A program made the translations under genes and the position numbers. DNA of 64,000 bases, from IMG/VR virus record IMGVR_UViG_3300046507_000547; one strand, 5' to 3'. Below, one piece after another: positions 9,231 to 18,902 of the stretch (position 1 is its first letter; each line of letters starts with the position of its first letter). Source of the stretch: an uncultured virus (IMG/VR IMGVR_UViG_3300046507_000547). Its lineage: Duplodnaviria; Heunggongvirae; Uroviricota; Caudoviricetes. The notes below the pieces were generated by a model. That model had not been told where the DNA came from. It saw only the letters and a list, made by a program, of their open reading frames with translations, and searched no databases.

Positions 9231-10204
9231 TCACCGACACCTACCCGTCCGGCGCCATCGTGGCCCTCAGCCCCGACGCCCCCCGCGAGGAGTGGCACGC
9301 CGTCCGCAAGAGCGGCATCGGCGGATCCGACATCGCCGCGATCTGCGGCCTCAACCAGTGGACATCCCCGCTGGAGATCTGGCTGAAGAAGACCGGCCAG
9401 CGTGTACCCCCGCGCGAGGACCCGATCCTCAGCGAGGCCGCCGAGATGGGTCACGAACTGGAACCCGTCACCGCCCGCCGCTTCACCAAGAAGACCGGCC
9501 TGCCGATCTACGAGAACCCCGGCACCCTGCGCCTGCCCGACGTCCCCTGGGCCCTGGTCAACCTCGACCGCACCACCGAAGAGGACGGACTGCCGGGCGT
9601 GGTCGAACTGAAGTCCCGCTCGAGCTACGCCCTCGCCGACTGGGAAGACGACACCCCCATCGACGTACAGGTGCAGACCCAGTGGCAACTGCTGCTCACC
9701 GGCTGGTCCTTCGGATACAGCGCAGCCCTCATCGGTGGGCAGCGCACCATCGTCCACCGCATCGAACGCGACGAGCGGCTCATCAACGACCTTCTCGCGA
9801 TCGGCGCCGAGTTCTGGGGCTGGGTCGAAACCGGCACTCAGCCGCCCCTCGACGGCTCCCACGCCACCGGCCAGCTTCTCGACAGGCTGCACGCCAAGCC
9901 CACCCGCAAGGACGTCATCGCGGACGCCGGCGAAGTCGAAAAGTGGCTGACCATCCGGCGCACCGCCAAAGAGCAGGCCGAGGCCGCCGACATCGCCATG
10001 ACCGAGGCCGACAACCACCTCAAGGCCATGGCCGGCGACGGCACCGACGTCTACATCCGCGGCGAACTCGCCTACACGTGGCGGCCCCGAAAAGGCCAGA
10101 TCAGCTGGAAGACCGCCGCCCTCGAGGCCAACCCCGACCTCGACCCCGAGCCCTACCGGGGCGAAGACACCCGCACCCTCAACATCGTCATGGAGCAGCA
10201 GTGA
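9227..10204 (+). CDS. YqaJ / lambda-exonuclease-like recombination nuclease
   Basis: EEWHAVRKSGIGGSDIAAICG, GHELEP, NLDR, VELKS, QTQWQL. Confidence 0.93.
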   Translation: MITDTYPSGAIVALSPDAPREEWHAVRKSGIGGSDIAAICGLNQWTSPLEIWLKKTGQRVPPREDPILSEAAEMGHELEPVTARRFTKKTGLPIYENPGTLRLPDVPWALVNLDRTTEEDGLPGVVELKSRSSYALADWEDDTPIDVQVQTQWQLLLTGWSFGYSAALIGGQRTIVHRIERDERLINDLLAIGAEFWGWVETGTQPPLDGSHATGQLLDRLHAKPTRKDVIADAGEVEKWLTIRRTAKEQAEAADIAMTEADNHLKAMAGDGTDVYIRGELAYTWRPRKGQISWKTAALEANPDLDPEPYRGEDTRTLNIVMEQQ

Positions 10205-11001
10205 CCAACGATGCCCGAAACGCCGTCGCCCGCCGCGCCGAGAACGTCGGCCAGCTCGAGCAGACCGGTGAGCAGCAGAAGCCCACCCTGGCGCAGCAGA
10301 TCGAACGCATGAAGCCGGAGATGGCGCGCGCCCTGCCCAAGCACATGGACGCGGACCGGATGGCCCGTATCGCGCTGACGCTGATCCGCAAGAACCCCGA
10401 CCTGGCCAACTGCACTACCGAGTCGTTCCTCGGCGCGCTGATGACCTGCTCGCAGTTGGGCTTCGAGCCGGGGTCGCCGACGCAGGAGGCGTACATCATC
10501 CCCCGCAAGGGGCAAGCCGAGTTCCAGCTTGGTTACCAGGGCATGGTGACGCTCTTCTACCAGCACCCGATGGCGTCGTCGGTGAAGGTCGAGACCGTCC
10601 GGGAGAACGACTACTTCGAGCACGAGGAAGGCCTCGAGGAGAAGCTCGTCCACCGCCCCTGCCGGACGGGTCCTCGAGGCCAGGCGGTCGCCTACTACTC
10701 GGTGGCCCGCCTGATCAACGGCGGCCGGACCTTCAAGGTCATGTACCCGGCAGAGATCGAAGAGCGGCGCCAGAAGATGCTCTCGAAGAACAGTCCGGCC
10801 TGGCGGGACCACTACGACGAGCAGGCCAAGAAGACCGTCCTGCGGAACCACTTCAAGGCCCTGCCGAAGAGCACCTCGCTCGCGCGCGCCATGGCCCACG
10901 ACGGCACCGTGCGCACGGATCTCTCGACAGACGCCATCGACGTCCCGCCGGAGTACCTGAGCGAGCCGCAGCGCCCCGAACTCAACGCCGGCGGCAACTA
11001 G
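10201..11001 (+). CDS. recT: RecT-family single-strand annealing protein
   Basis: LPKHMDADRMARIA, SFLGALMTCSQLG, FQLGYQG, KKTVLR..FKALP. Confidence 0.93.
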   Translation: MTNDARNAVARRAENVGQLEQTGEQQKPTLAQQIERMKPEMARALPKHMDADRMARIALTLIRKNPDLANCTTESFLGALMTCSQLGFEPGSPTQEAYIIPRKGQAEFQLGYQGMVTLFYQHPMASSVKVETVRENDYFEHEEGLEEKLVHRPCRTGPRGQAVAYYSVARLINGGRTFKVMYPAEIEERRQKMLSKNSPAWRDHYDEQAKKTVLRNHFKALPKSTSLARAMAHDGTVRTDLSTDAIDVPPEYLSEPQRPELNAGGN

Positions 11002-11061
11002 CCCGCACACCGGAGGTCGGCCGCGGGCAGTGCGGCCGACCCCTCACCTCAAGGACATCAC

Positions 11062-11436
11062 ATGACCCGTCGCCTGTCTGTCGCCGAGCGGCTCGCGTCC
11101 ACGGAGAAGGACGCCCTCCTCGACGACATAGCCAAGCACTCCGAATGGGACCGGTTCCTCGTCGAGCAGGCCGTCCTGCACTTCGGGGAGCGCTACGTCA
11201 CCTTCTCCTGCAACCAGATCCGAGAAGTCCTCCCCGACCTCGGGCCCGGCCTGCTCGGCGCCGTCATCAACAGCCTGCGCACCGCAGGGATCATCGCCCA
11301 CACCGGGCAGATGGTGCCGTCCACGCAGGAGAACACGCACGGCCATCGGATCGCCGTCTGGACTTTGACCGGCAAGGGGCGAGTCATCGCCGCCAAGCGT
11401 CACGCCGCCCGCACCCAGCAGAGGCGGGCAGCGTGA
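11062..11436 (+). CDS. winged-helix-like hypothetical protein
   Basis: AAGGA SD; VPSTQENTHGHRIAVW motif. Confidence 0.7.
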   Translation: MTRRLSVAERLASTEKDALLDDIAKHSEWDRFLVEQAVLHFGERYVTFSCNQIREVLPDLGPGLLGAVINSLRTAGIIAHTGQMVPSTQENTHGHRIAVWTLTGKGRVIAAKRHAARTQQRRAA

Positions 11437-11549
11437 TGGACCGCCTCAACCACGCCAACTTGATCTGGGCATACCTCGGCCTCGTCGCCTCCAGCGGGCT
11501 CGGAGTCCTCATCGGCTGGCTGTGCAGCAAGCCCTGGAGGCGGACGTGA
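11436..11549 (+). CDS. small membrane protein
   Basis: TGATG coupling; one hydrophobic helix. Confidence 0.5.
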   Translation: MDRLNHANLIWAYLGLVASSGLGVLIGWLCSKPWRRT

Positions 11550-11827
11550 GGGACAACCTGGCCGCCGTCCTCGAGACCGCCTTCTGGGGCCTGGCCATAT
11601 CCGTGACGGTCCTCGTGGTCACCACGGCCGCGGTCGTCGTCATCGCCGGCTACTGGACTGCCCGCCTCGCCATCTGGGGCGGACAGCGGGCGCGTTACCG
11701 GTCGGACCTGCGGCGCATGCGACGACGCCCCGCACCCCCACGGACCGCCAGCGAACAGGCCGTCCTCGACTACCTCACCATCCGCACCGCCTGGAACCAG
11801 CCCACACGAGAGGAGGCACGACCGTGA
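11546..11827 (+). CDS. membrane protein
   Basis: GGAGG SD; long hydrophobic segment. Confidence 0.6.
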   Translation: MRDNLAAVLETAFWGLAISVTVLVVTTAAVVVIAGYWTARLAIWGGQRARYRSDLRRMRRRPAPPRTASEQAVLDYLTIRTAWNQPTREEARP

Positions 11828-12678
11828 CCACCGCCGTCCGCGAAGCCCCCCACCACCGCAACCTGACCTGCTACACCGACTACCGCTGTCGGCGGCCCGA
11901 ATGCGTCGAGCGCAGGAACCAGTGGCAGCGCGAGCTCCGCCGCAAACAGCGTGAAGGGCAGCCCGCCCGCGTCGACGCCCAGCCCGTCCGCGACCACCTG
12001 TGCCGCCTGCAAGCCGCCGGCATCAGCACCTATCGCGTCGCCCTCATCGCTGGCGTCGACGACTGGACCGTCCGCGCGTTCATGCCGTCCACAACGGGGC
12101 GCCGCGCCCGCAAGCACACCACGTCAGCCGAGATCGCCGCGAAGATCCTCGCCGTTACTCCCGAACAAGGCACCTCCTGCTACGTCGACGGCACCGGAAC
12201 CAGGCGCCGCATCCAAGCCCTCGTCGCCAACGGCTGGCCCATGCGGCGCCTCCCCGAACACCTCGACCTCCACGGCACCTACATCAACGACCTCATCAGC
12301 GGGCGCCAGAAAGACCGGCCCGTCTTCGCCGCCACCGCAGAAAAGATCGCCCGCGCCTACGAGCAGCTGAAGGACCAGAAGCCCGCCCGGCACGGCGTCG
12401 AAGCGCACGTCATCAAACGCACCCGCGGCCTGGCGGCGGCCAAGCGCTGGCCCACCCCGCAGTACTGGGATCAGTACCCGGACGCCATCGGCGACCCGCA
12501 CTTCGAGCCGATGTACGGCCTCACCCGCCGGGAAATCGTCGCCAAGGATGCCAACTGGATCATGCGGACCGCGGGCCTCGACAGGGCCGCCGCCGCGGAA
12601 CGACTCGGCGTCGACAAGTCCTACGTCGACCACGCCTTCCGCGACCACCCCGAGTACGCGATCGAGGTGGCGGCGTGA
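11824..12678 (+). CDS. multi-HTH DNA-binding phage protein
   Basis: N-terminal CRRPEC; GTRRRIQALVANGW; several HTH-like segments. Confidence 0.75.
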   Translation: MTTAVREAPHHRNLTCYTDYRCRRPECVERRNQWQRELRRKQREGQPARVDAQPVRDHLCRLQAAGISTYRVALIAGVDDWTVRAFMPSTTGRRARKHTTSAEIAAKILAVTPEQGTSCYVDGTGTRRRIQALVANGWPMRRLPEHLDLHGTYINDLISGRQKDRPVFAATAEKIARAYEQLKDQKPARHGVEAHVIKRTRGLAAAKRWPTPQYWDQYPDAIGDPHFEPMYGLTRREIVAKDANWIMRTAGLDRAAAAERLGVDKSYVDHAFRDHPEYAIEVAA

Positions 12679-13100
12679 GCACCCGCGACGCGATCGTCAA
12701 GCTCCTCCGCACCGGCGTCGGCAACCTGGCCATCGCCCGCGAAGTCCACGTCGACCGCAGCAAGGTCGCCGCGATCCGCGCGGAACTCGGCCTGCCGCGC
12801 AGCCGACGCAGGTATGTGGCGGCCAGCCCGGAAGCCCTGTTCCGGCAGCGCACCCAGCCGACCGACGGCGGCCACCTCGCGTGGACCGGATACCGCAACA
12901 CCAAAGGCGTGCCCGCCGTCCGCACCGTCGACGGCATGCGCACCGCCTACCGCATCGCGTTCCAGATCCGGCACGGCCGCGAGCCCGTCGGCTACGTCAA
13001 GCCCGGCTGCGAATACGACGGGTGCGTCCACCCCGAGCACGTCGAAGACCAGCCGATGCGCGAGCAGTACGCGGCGATCTTCGGGGCGGTGGCGGCGTGA
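12675..13100 (+). CDS. HTH plus degenerate HNH-like protein
   Basis: NLAIAREVHVDRSKV; HLAWTG...TAYRIAF...GCVHPEHV. Confidence 0.6.
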   Translation: MSTRDAIVKLLRTGVGNLAIAREVHVDRSKVAAIRAELGLPRSRRRYVAASPEALFRQRTQPTDGGHLAWTGYRNTKGVPAVRTVDGMRTAYRIAFQIRHGREPVGYVKPGCEYDGCVHPEHVEDQPMREQYAAIFGAVAA

Positions 13101-13261
13101 CCGAGCAGCGACGGATCACCGTCACCCCGCCGCCCCGCCCCAAGGTCACGCCCGGCCAGTGCGACACCGGCCGGCCCGTCTGCGGCAAACCCGCCCGGCT
13201 GTACCCGGCCGGCTGGCGGTGCGACGGCCACGTGCCGCACGCCCCGAAGCCCGCCGCCTAG
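13097..13261 (+). CDS. small Zn-finger-like protein
   Basis: CDTGRPVCGKPARLYPAGWRCDGH. Confidence 0.55.
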   Translation: MTEQRRITVTPPPRPKVTPGQCDTGRPVCGKPARLYPAGWRCDGHVPHAPKPAA

Positions 13262-13274
13262 CCCGGACACGACG

Positions 13275-13299
13275 AAGCCCCGCCGTACAGGCGGGGCTT
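13275..13299. terminator. bidirectional intrinsic terminator
   Basis: AAGCCCCGCC-GTACA-GGCGGGGCTT between convergent genes. Confidence 0.6.
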
Positions 13300-13322
13300 G
13301 GAGGAAGGAGGAGGACGTGACG

Positions 13323-13499
13323 TCAGTCGGTGGCCGTCTCACGCAGGCGCCGCTTATGGGCTGCGACCTCGCGCTTGATGTACAGGCGCAGGTCGTCGGA
13401 CCGGGAGATGCCCTTCTCCTCGCACGCAGCGCCGTATGCCTCCCAGGTCTCTTTGTCGAGTCGGAAGACACGGTTCGGCATCGGGTCGCGGGTCGCCAT
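13323..13499 (-). CDS. ribbon-helix-helix (Arc/CopG-like) regulator, 58 aa, missing from ORF track
   Basis: Manual translation: MATRDPMPNRVFRLDKETWEAYGAACEEKGISRSDDLRLYIKREVAAHKRRLRETATD. Confidence 0.75.
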   Translation of the reverse strand: MATRDPMPNRVFRLDKETWEAYGAACEEKGISRSDDLRLYIKREVAAHKRRLRETATD

Positions 13500-13696
13500 G
13501 GCAAAAGGCTAGCGGATGTACCCGCACTCCGTCGACCCGACGCGAGCGGGAAGTCTCGCGAATCGCATATGCGTTGCCTATGCGTTTCCCGCGCACTCCT
13601 GGTAGCGTTCTGCATATGCGAATTGGGCTCGCAGGCCAGCCGCACCAAGGGTCCCCTGCGGTCCATCCGGCACGAGTCAACGCATCGGAAGGGCCC

Positions 13697-13864
13697 GTGA
13701 CACGCCACCTCCGCCTCGTCCATGACGAGCCAGAACCCGAGCCCTACGAGGTCACCGCCGCTCCCGGCTGGCCCCCCGTCGCAATACCTGGCCGTCCCGG
13801 CTGGTGGCGGCACTGCATCGACGGCCAGCAAGTCGACCTCCCCACCAACGACCAAACGAACTGA
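13697..13864 (+). CDS. small hypothetical protein
   Basis: GAAGGG SD plus GTG; VAIPGRPGWWRH. Confidence 0.5.
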   Translation: MTRHLRLVHDEPEPEPYEVTAAPGWPPVAIPGRPGWWRHCIDGQQVDLPTNDQTN

Positions 13865-13876
13865 AAGGGGGACCGC

Positions 13877-14626
13877 GTGAACGAGATCGTTCTGACGACT
13901 GAGGAGCAGGCGGACCTCGCCCAACTGGAAGCCGTCATCGAGCGCGGCATGAACACCTTCATCGAGGTCGGCAACGCGCTCGCCGCCATCCAGGAACGGA
14001 AGTTGTACCGGGATGACTACGGCACCTTCGAGGACTACTGCCGCACCAAGTGGGGGTTCAGTCGACAGCGCGCCTACCAACTCACCGCAGCCGCGGAAGC
14101 CGTGACAACAGTTGTTGACAGAGGTCTTCCCGCTCCTTCCAACGAGGCGCAGGCGCGCGAGCTGACCCGAATCCCCGAGCCGCAGCGCGCGGAGGTGTGG
14201 CGCGAGACGGTCGAACGGACCGGCGGCCAGCCGACTGCGGCCGCGGTGCGCGAGACCTACGCCGCCCGCGCCGATGAGGTCGTCGACGCCGAGTTGGTCG
14301 ACGAGCCCGCCCGCCCCGAGCCGCCGAAGCAGAAGCGGCGCCCGCTGCCGGAGGCGTTCACCGACGCCGGCCGCGACCTCACCCGAGCCGCCGAGCGTCT
14401 CGCCCGGCTCACCGAAGACGACCGGTTCGCCAAGAACCGGGAGACCACCCACCACCAGGTGCCCGAACTCCTCGGCGCCCTGGAGCACACCGCCCGCCTC
14501 GTCACGGCCATGAACCTTCCGGCCGCCGAGGCAAGCGAAGAGGCCCGCCGCTGGTGGGCGACGAGCCTCCACAAGATCAGCGACGCCCTGACCGACGTCG
14601 CGAACTCCCTCGAGAAGGAGCTTTAA
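13877..14626 (+). CDS. phage DNA-binding protein (DUF3102-like N-terminus)
   Basis: LEAVIERGMNTFIEVGNALAAIQERKLYR..YGTFEDYC..KWGFSRQRAYQL. Confidence 0.75.
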   Translation: MNEIVLTTEEQADLAQLEAVIERGMNTFIEVGNALAAIQERKLYRDDYGTFEDYCRTKWGFSRQRAYQLTAAAEAVTTVVDRGLPAPSNEAQARELTRIPEPQRAEVWRETVERTGGQPTAAAVRETYAARADEVVDAELVDEPARPEPPKQKRRPLPEAFTDAGRDLTRAAERLARLTEDDRFAKNRETTHHQVPELLGALEHTARLVTAMNLPAAEASEEARRWWATSLHKISDALTDVANSLEKEL

Positions 14627-15457
14627 ATGCCTAGGAACACCGTACCCGCGCAGCGGGCCCCGCAGTACAAGGCCATGGAGATCACGCCCGACCTCGCCGA
14701 GAAGTGGCTCGCCCAGAACACCCACAACCGCAACCTGCGCGACAAGGCAGTCCTCGCCTACGCCCGCGACATGGAAGCCGGGAACTGGGCCGAGAACGGC
14801 GAGGCCGTCAAGTTCGGCAAGGACGGCACTCTCCTCGATGGCCAGCACCGCCTGCAGGCCATCGCGCTGTCCGGCGTCACCATCAAGATGCTCGTCGTCA
14901 CCGGGCTCGAGAGCGGCACGCAGGAAACCATGGACGACGGCCGCAAGCGGACCCTCTCCGACGCCCTGCACCTCCGCAACGAAACCAACTCGGTGATCCT
15001 CGGATCGCTGCTGCGTCGCGCACTGATGTGGGAGATGGGCCAGTACCGCAACACCGGCGCCTACACCCCGACGAACACCGAGTGCCTGACCTACCTGCTG
15101 CACCACCCGGACGTCCGCGCGTCCGCGTCGGCGGCTGCCTCGCTCCGCAAGCCGTCGCGACTGCCCGCGTCGGTGCTGGGCCTGACGCACTGGCTGTTCT
15201 CCCGCCTCGACGACGAGGACGCGGAGTGGTTCTTCGAGCGCCTCGGGTCGGGCGTCGGCCTCGAGCAGTACCACCCCGTCTGGACGCTGCGTAAGCGGGC
15301 CGCGGAGATCGCCGAGAGCTCCGGCCGGGTCCCTGAGGACATGCTCCTCGCCTTCGTCATCAAGGCCTGGAACGCCTACCGCGACGGCGACCAGATGCGT
15401 CTCCTGCGCTTCAAGCCGGGCGGCGCCACGCCGGAGAAGTTCCCCCTCCCGAAGTAG
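14627..15457 (+). CDS. ParB/Srx-like N-terminal domain protein
   Basis: ITPDLAEKWL..NTHNRNL, LLDGQHRLQAI, TMDDGRKR. Confidence 0.8.
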   Translation: MPRNTVPAQRAPQYKAMEITPDLAEKWLAQNTHNRNLRDKAVLAYARDMEAGNWAENGEAVKFGKDGTLLDGQHRLQAIALSGVTIKMLVVTGLESGTQETMDDGRKRTLSDALHLRNETNSVILGSLLRRALMWEMGQYRNTGAYTPTNTECLTYLLHHPDVRASASAAASLRKPSRLPASVLGLTHWLFSRLDDEDAEWFFERLGSGVGLEQYHPVWTLRKRAAEIAESSGRVPEDMLLAFVIKAWNAYRDGDQMRLLRFKPGGATPEKFPLPK

Positions 15458-15527
15458 CCGTACCGCGGGGCCGGTTACGGCCGGCCCCGCCCCTCTCCAC
15501 CTTTCACGCCGTCTGAAAGAAGCCGCG

Positions 15528-16484
15528 ATGCCCTGGTTCAGGATCGATGACAAGGCGCACTCCCACCCGAAGCTGATCAAGGCTGGGAACGCTGCGCTCG
15601 GTCTGTGGCTGCGCTGTGGCGCCTACGCCGCGCAGCACCTGACCGACGGCATCGTGCCCGGCGTCCTGGCCGAGCTGTACGGCACCAAGCCTCAGGCGGC
15701 CAAGCTCGTCAAGGCCGGCCTGTGGCACGAACACGGGCACGACTGCCGCGGCGGCTGCCCTGACCCGGCCCCCGGCGACTACGTCTTCCACGACTTCCTC
15801 GACGACGGCCGCAACACCTCACGGGCCCGCCACGAGGCCGAGAAAAAGAAGGCTCGCGACCGTCAGGCGAAGCACCGCGAGGGGGGTCGCGAGGACGGAA
15901 ACGGCGACCAAAAGCCCGACGAAAAAAACAACTTTACCTTCGATTCTTCCTCGAAAAAAAGTGAAAGTGCTTCGGAAAAATCGCAGAGTTCAGACGAACA
16001 TGCAGGTCAGGAGCAGGTGTCACGGCGTGACGCTTCCGTCACGGGTATCCATGCCGGTGCCACTCCTTACCCCAGTACTTCCTACGGAAGTACTGGTGCT
16101 GCAGGCGAGCAGCGATCGGGCGGACTCCCGGACGCTCTCGCCGACCTGAAGCGCGGCGTCGCCACAGCAGGCCTCGCCGGCGTCGCCTGGGACCTCCGCG
16201 ACTCCGGCCGGGAGTACACCCGCCAGGCCATCGAACGCGTCGGCGTCGCCGCGATGGTCGCCTACGCCGTCAACTCCGCCCGCCTCAAGGGCCAGCCCGC
16301 CGGCGCCTCCGCCTGGGTCCAAGGCTGGCGCTCCCTCGAAGCACCCGAGCAGCAGGACGGCGTCGCCTACCTGCCAGCCGCCGTCGGCCAGACCGGGCCC
16401 GCCACTCGCCAACAGCAGGAAACCAACGACCTCTTCGACCGCGCCATGCAGCGCGCCAAATCCCGAATGCAGGAGGACCAGTGA
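15528..16484 (+). CDS. phage replication initiator (O-like)
   Basis: MPWFRIDDKAHSHPK...AALGLW, YVFHDF, as in actinophage initiators; internal A-rich segment. Confidence 0.75.
   Translation: MPWFRIDDKAHSHPKLIKAGNAALGLWLRCGAYAAQHLTDGIVPGVLAELYGTKPQAAKLVKAGLWHEHGHDCRGGCPDPAPGDYVFHDFLDDGRNTSRARHEAEKKKARDRQAKHREGGREDGNGDQKPDEKNNFTFDSSSKKSESASEKSQSSDEHAGQEQVSRRDASVTGIHAGATPYPSTSYGSTGAAGEQRSGGLPDALADLKRGVATAGLAGVAWDLRDSGREYTRQAIERVGVAAMVAYAVNSARLKGQPAGASAWVQGWRSLEAPEQQDGVAYLPAAVGQTGPATRQQQETNDLFDRAMQRAKSRMQEDQ
15915..16096. other. candidate replication origin inside initiator gene
   Basis: CGAAAAAAA at 15920 and 15952; CGGAAAAA at 15973; GTCACG/CGTGAC palindromes at 16019-16043; 11-bp IR at 16072-16096. 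Confidence 0.5.
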
Positions 16485-17110
16485 CACCCGACGAAACCGT
16501 TGTGCTCGCCCGCTACGTGCGGGCTCTCTGTCCCGGCCAGAAGTTCGACGAGTACACCCCGGACGCCTGGCACGACGTCCTCGCCGACTTCGCCCTCTCT
16601 GACGCCCGAGCAGCTGCCGCCGCGGTGGCCCGCAAGCAGCCGTTCGTCAGCCCGGCCGAGATCATCGCCGAGATCCGCAAGCAGCGCGACGACCGGGCCG
16701 CCGGCTTCCAGGGGCCCGGCCTGTCGGCCGAGGTTCCGGACGCGGACCCGGACGACGTGCAGGCCTACCTATCGGCGCTGCGGGGCCTGCGTACCCGGGC
16801 CGCGGACGGCCTGCCGATGAGGCGCCGTCCCGTCGCCGAGCTGGTGGCCGGCATCGGCCGGGCGGTTCCCGGCGAGGTGGCGGAGGTGAAGCGGCCCGGT
16901 CCGCTGGGGAGCGCCTGCCCGAAGTGCAAGGCGGCGATAGGCCGACCGTGCCGGACGCCGGGCGGAAGCGAGCGAGCAGCTCACACGGCCCGCGTGAGCC
17001 ACACGGACCCGGCGACCAACGACGCGGAGGCCGAGCGGATCAAGGCCGTCGCCGCCCGCCACCTCGCCCGCGAGCAGGCCGACATCTCCGACGAGGAGGC
17101 CGCATCGTGA
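16481..17110 (+). CDS. helicase-loader-like protein with Zn finger
   Basis: N-terminal TPDETVVL..AWHDVL..FVSPAEI; CPKCKAAIGRPC; position after initiator. Confidence 0.6.
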   Translation: MTPDETVVLARYVRALCPGQKFDEYTPDAWHDVLADFALSDARAAAAAVARKQPFVSPAEIIAEIRKQRDDRAAGFQGPGLSAEVPDADPDDVQAYLSALRGLRTRAADGLPMRRRPVAELVAGIGRAVPGEVAEVKRPGPLGSACPKCKAAIGRPCRTPGGSERAAHTARVSHTDPATNDAEAERIKAVAARHLAREQADISDEEAAS

Positions 17111-17514
17111 CCGCTCCCGACTGGACGCCCGCCCCGACCGACATCGCGGCGATCCGTGAAGCCCGCCGCACCGGCAGTCTCCGCGCCCAGCTCCGCCAGC
17201 AGATCGGTGAAGGCCGCGCCCGCCTCGAAGCCGTCCCCGTCCAGCGCTGGTCGAACGGCACCCGCCGTGACCTGAACGGCGTCACCTGCCCGCACTGCCA
17301 GGCCGGCCCCGACCAGCGCTGCCATCTCCGCACGCGGGATCAGACGTTGCCGAAGCCGCATCAGCAGCGCCTCGCCGCCTGGGCGCAGCTGGTCGCCTGC
17401 TGCACCACCTGCCAGGCCGCACCCGGGCAGCGCTGCCACCTCGACGGGATGCCGCTTCCCGCCCACACCGTCCACGCCGCCCGCTACCAGGAAGCCGAGG
17501 AAGTCGCCGCATGA
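17107..17514 (+). CDS. tandem zinc-finger protein
   Basis: CPHCQAGPDQRC...H and CTTCQAAPGQRC...H. Confidence 0.7.
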   Translation: MTAPDWTPAPTDIAAIREARRTGSLRAQLRQQIGEGRARLEAVPVQRWSNGTRRDLNGVTCPHCQAGPDQRCHLRTRDQTLPKPHQQRLAAWAQLVACCTTCQAAPGQRCHLDGMPLPAHTVHAARYQEAEEVAA

Positions 17515-17828
17515 CCCGCATCTGCCGCATCGACGACTGCACCAACCAGGCCAGGCCCGGCCGACGCGTATGCGACCCGTGCCGGGGCCGCCAGTGGCGT
17601 GAGCGCTACCGGCCCTCCATCTGGCGGGACGCCGACGATCACGACGTCGAACTGATCGTCCGCGATCCGCGGCCCGCCGAAGGGCTGACCAAGCTCGAAC
17701 GCGTCATGGTCGCCCGAGGTCTGACGGCACGGGATGTACCGGCCGAGGAGATCGCCCGGATCGTCGGCGTCACCCCGCGCAGCGTCTACCGCTGGCGGTC
17801 CGAGGGATTCAGGCAGGTGGCCGCATGA
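17511..17828 (+). CDS. HTH DNA-binding protein
   Basis: AEEIARIVGVTPRSVYRWR; N-terminal Cys cluster. Confidence 0.75.
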   Translation: MTRICRIDDCTNQARPGRRVCDPCRGRQWRERYRPSIWRDADDHDVELIVRDPRPAEGLTKLERVMVARGLTARDVPAEEIARIVGVTPRSVYRWRSEGFRQVAA

Positions 17829-18781
17829 CCGCCCCCTTCGCCATCCACCTCTTCGCCGGCCCGGGTGGTCTGGAGCACGGTGCCGGACTGCCCGGCATCG
17901 GCATCGAGCTGGACCCGAACGCGGTAGCCACCCGGATCGCCGCCGGCCTGGCCACGGTGCACGGCGACGTCACCCGCTACGGGCCCGCCGACATTCCGGC
18001 AACCGTCCTCACCGGCGGCCCGCCCTGCCAGACGTTCACGATCGCCGGCAACGGCGAAGGCCGCGCCGAGCTGGAGCGGGTCCTCGAAGGCGTCAAACTC
18101 CTCGAGGCCCGCGAGACCGTCGACCCGGGCATGTTCTCCGACCCGCGCACCGCCCTCGTCCTCGAACCCCTCCGCTGGATGCTCGAGGCCATCGACAAGG
18201 GCATCGGCTACAAGGCGATCGTCCTCGAGCAGGTACCGGCCGTCCTGCCCGTCTGGGAGGCCTACGCCGGCGTGCTGCGCCGCGAAGGCTACGGCGTCGC
18301 CACCGGGGTCCTGGCCACCGAGCAGTACGGGCTGCCGCAGACCCGCAAGCGGGCGGTGCTGATCGCCCGGCGCGGGGCCGACGTCGCACTGCCGAAGCCC
18401 ACCCACCGGCCGTACCGCAAAGGCGTCCCGCAGCACGAAGGCGACCCGGGCCTGCTGCCGTGGGTGTCGATGGGGGAGGCGCTCCCGCACCGCGGCCCGT
18501 TCACCGTGATCTCCAACTACGGCACCGGCGGCGACCCGAAGAACCGCGGCCGGCGCACGAGCGCCGAGCCGGCGTTCACCGTCACCGGGAAGATCTCGCG
18601 GCTGCGGCTCATCGACCCCGACGGCCGCGAACTCCCGCGGCTCACCGCCTCGGAGGCCGGAGTGCTGCAGGGCATGCCGGCCGACTGGCCGTGGTCCGGG
18701 AGCGACATAGCCCAGCAGATCGGGAACTTGTGCCCGCCCCCAATCGCCGCAGCCCTCGCACGAGCCGCGACTGCCGTGTGA
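17825..18781 (+). CDS. DNA (cytosine-5) methyltransferase
   Basis: LFAGPGG (motif I), GGPPCQ (IV), EQV (VI variant), YGLPQTRKR (VIII), QQIGN (X). Confidence 0.9.
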   Translation: MTAPFAIHLFAGPGGLEHGAGLPGIGIELDPNAVATRIAAGLATVHGDVTRYGPADIPATVLTGGPPCQTFTIAGNGEGRAELERVLEGVKLLEARETVDPGMFSDPRTALVLEPLRWMLEAIDKGIGYKAIVLEQVPAVLPVWEAYAGVLRREGYGVATGVLATEQYGLPQTRKRAVLIARRGADVALPKPTHRPYRKGVPQHEGDPGLLPWVSMGEALPHRGPFTVISNYGTGGDPKNRGRRTSAEPAFTVTGKISRLRLIDPDGRELPRLTASEAGVLQGMPADWPWSGSDIAQQIGNLCPPPIAAALARAATAV

Positions 18782-18902
18782 CGTCGCCCGTTGTTTGCCG
18801 CCCGACCCTCGGGCCGGGGAAACGGCGCACAGCCGCCCGACCGACAGGCCCGCCCGCAGTAGGCACAAACCCCAGCGAACCGCCCACCGAACGGAGAACC
18901 CC

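Noticed and set aside
9292..10200. Long N-terminal extension of RecT in the ORF track
   Set aside because: Overlaps YqaJ out of frame; the likely start is GTG 10201 with a GGAG SD.
12992..15580. 862-aa minus ORF
   Set aside because: Shadow of + strand genes; no recognisable motifs.
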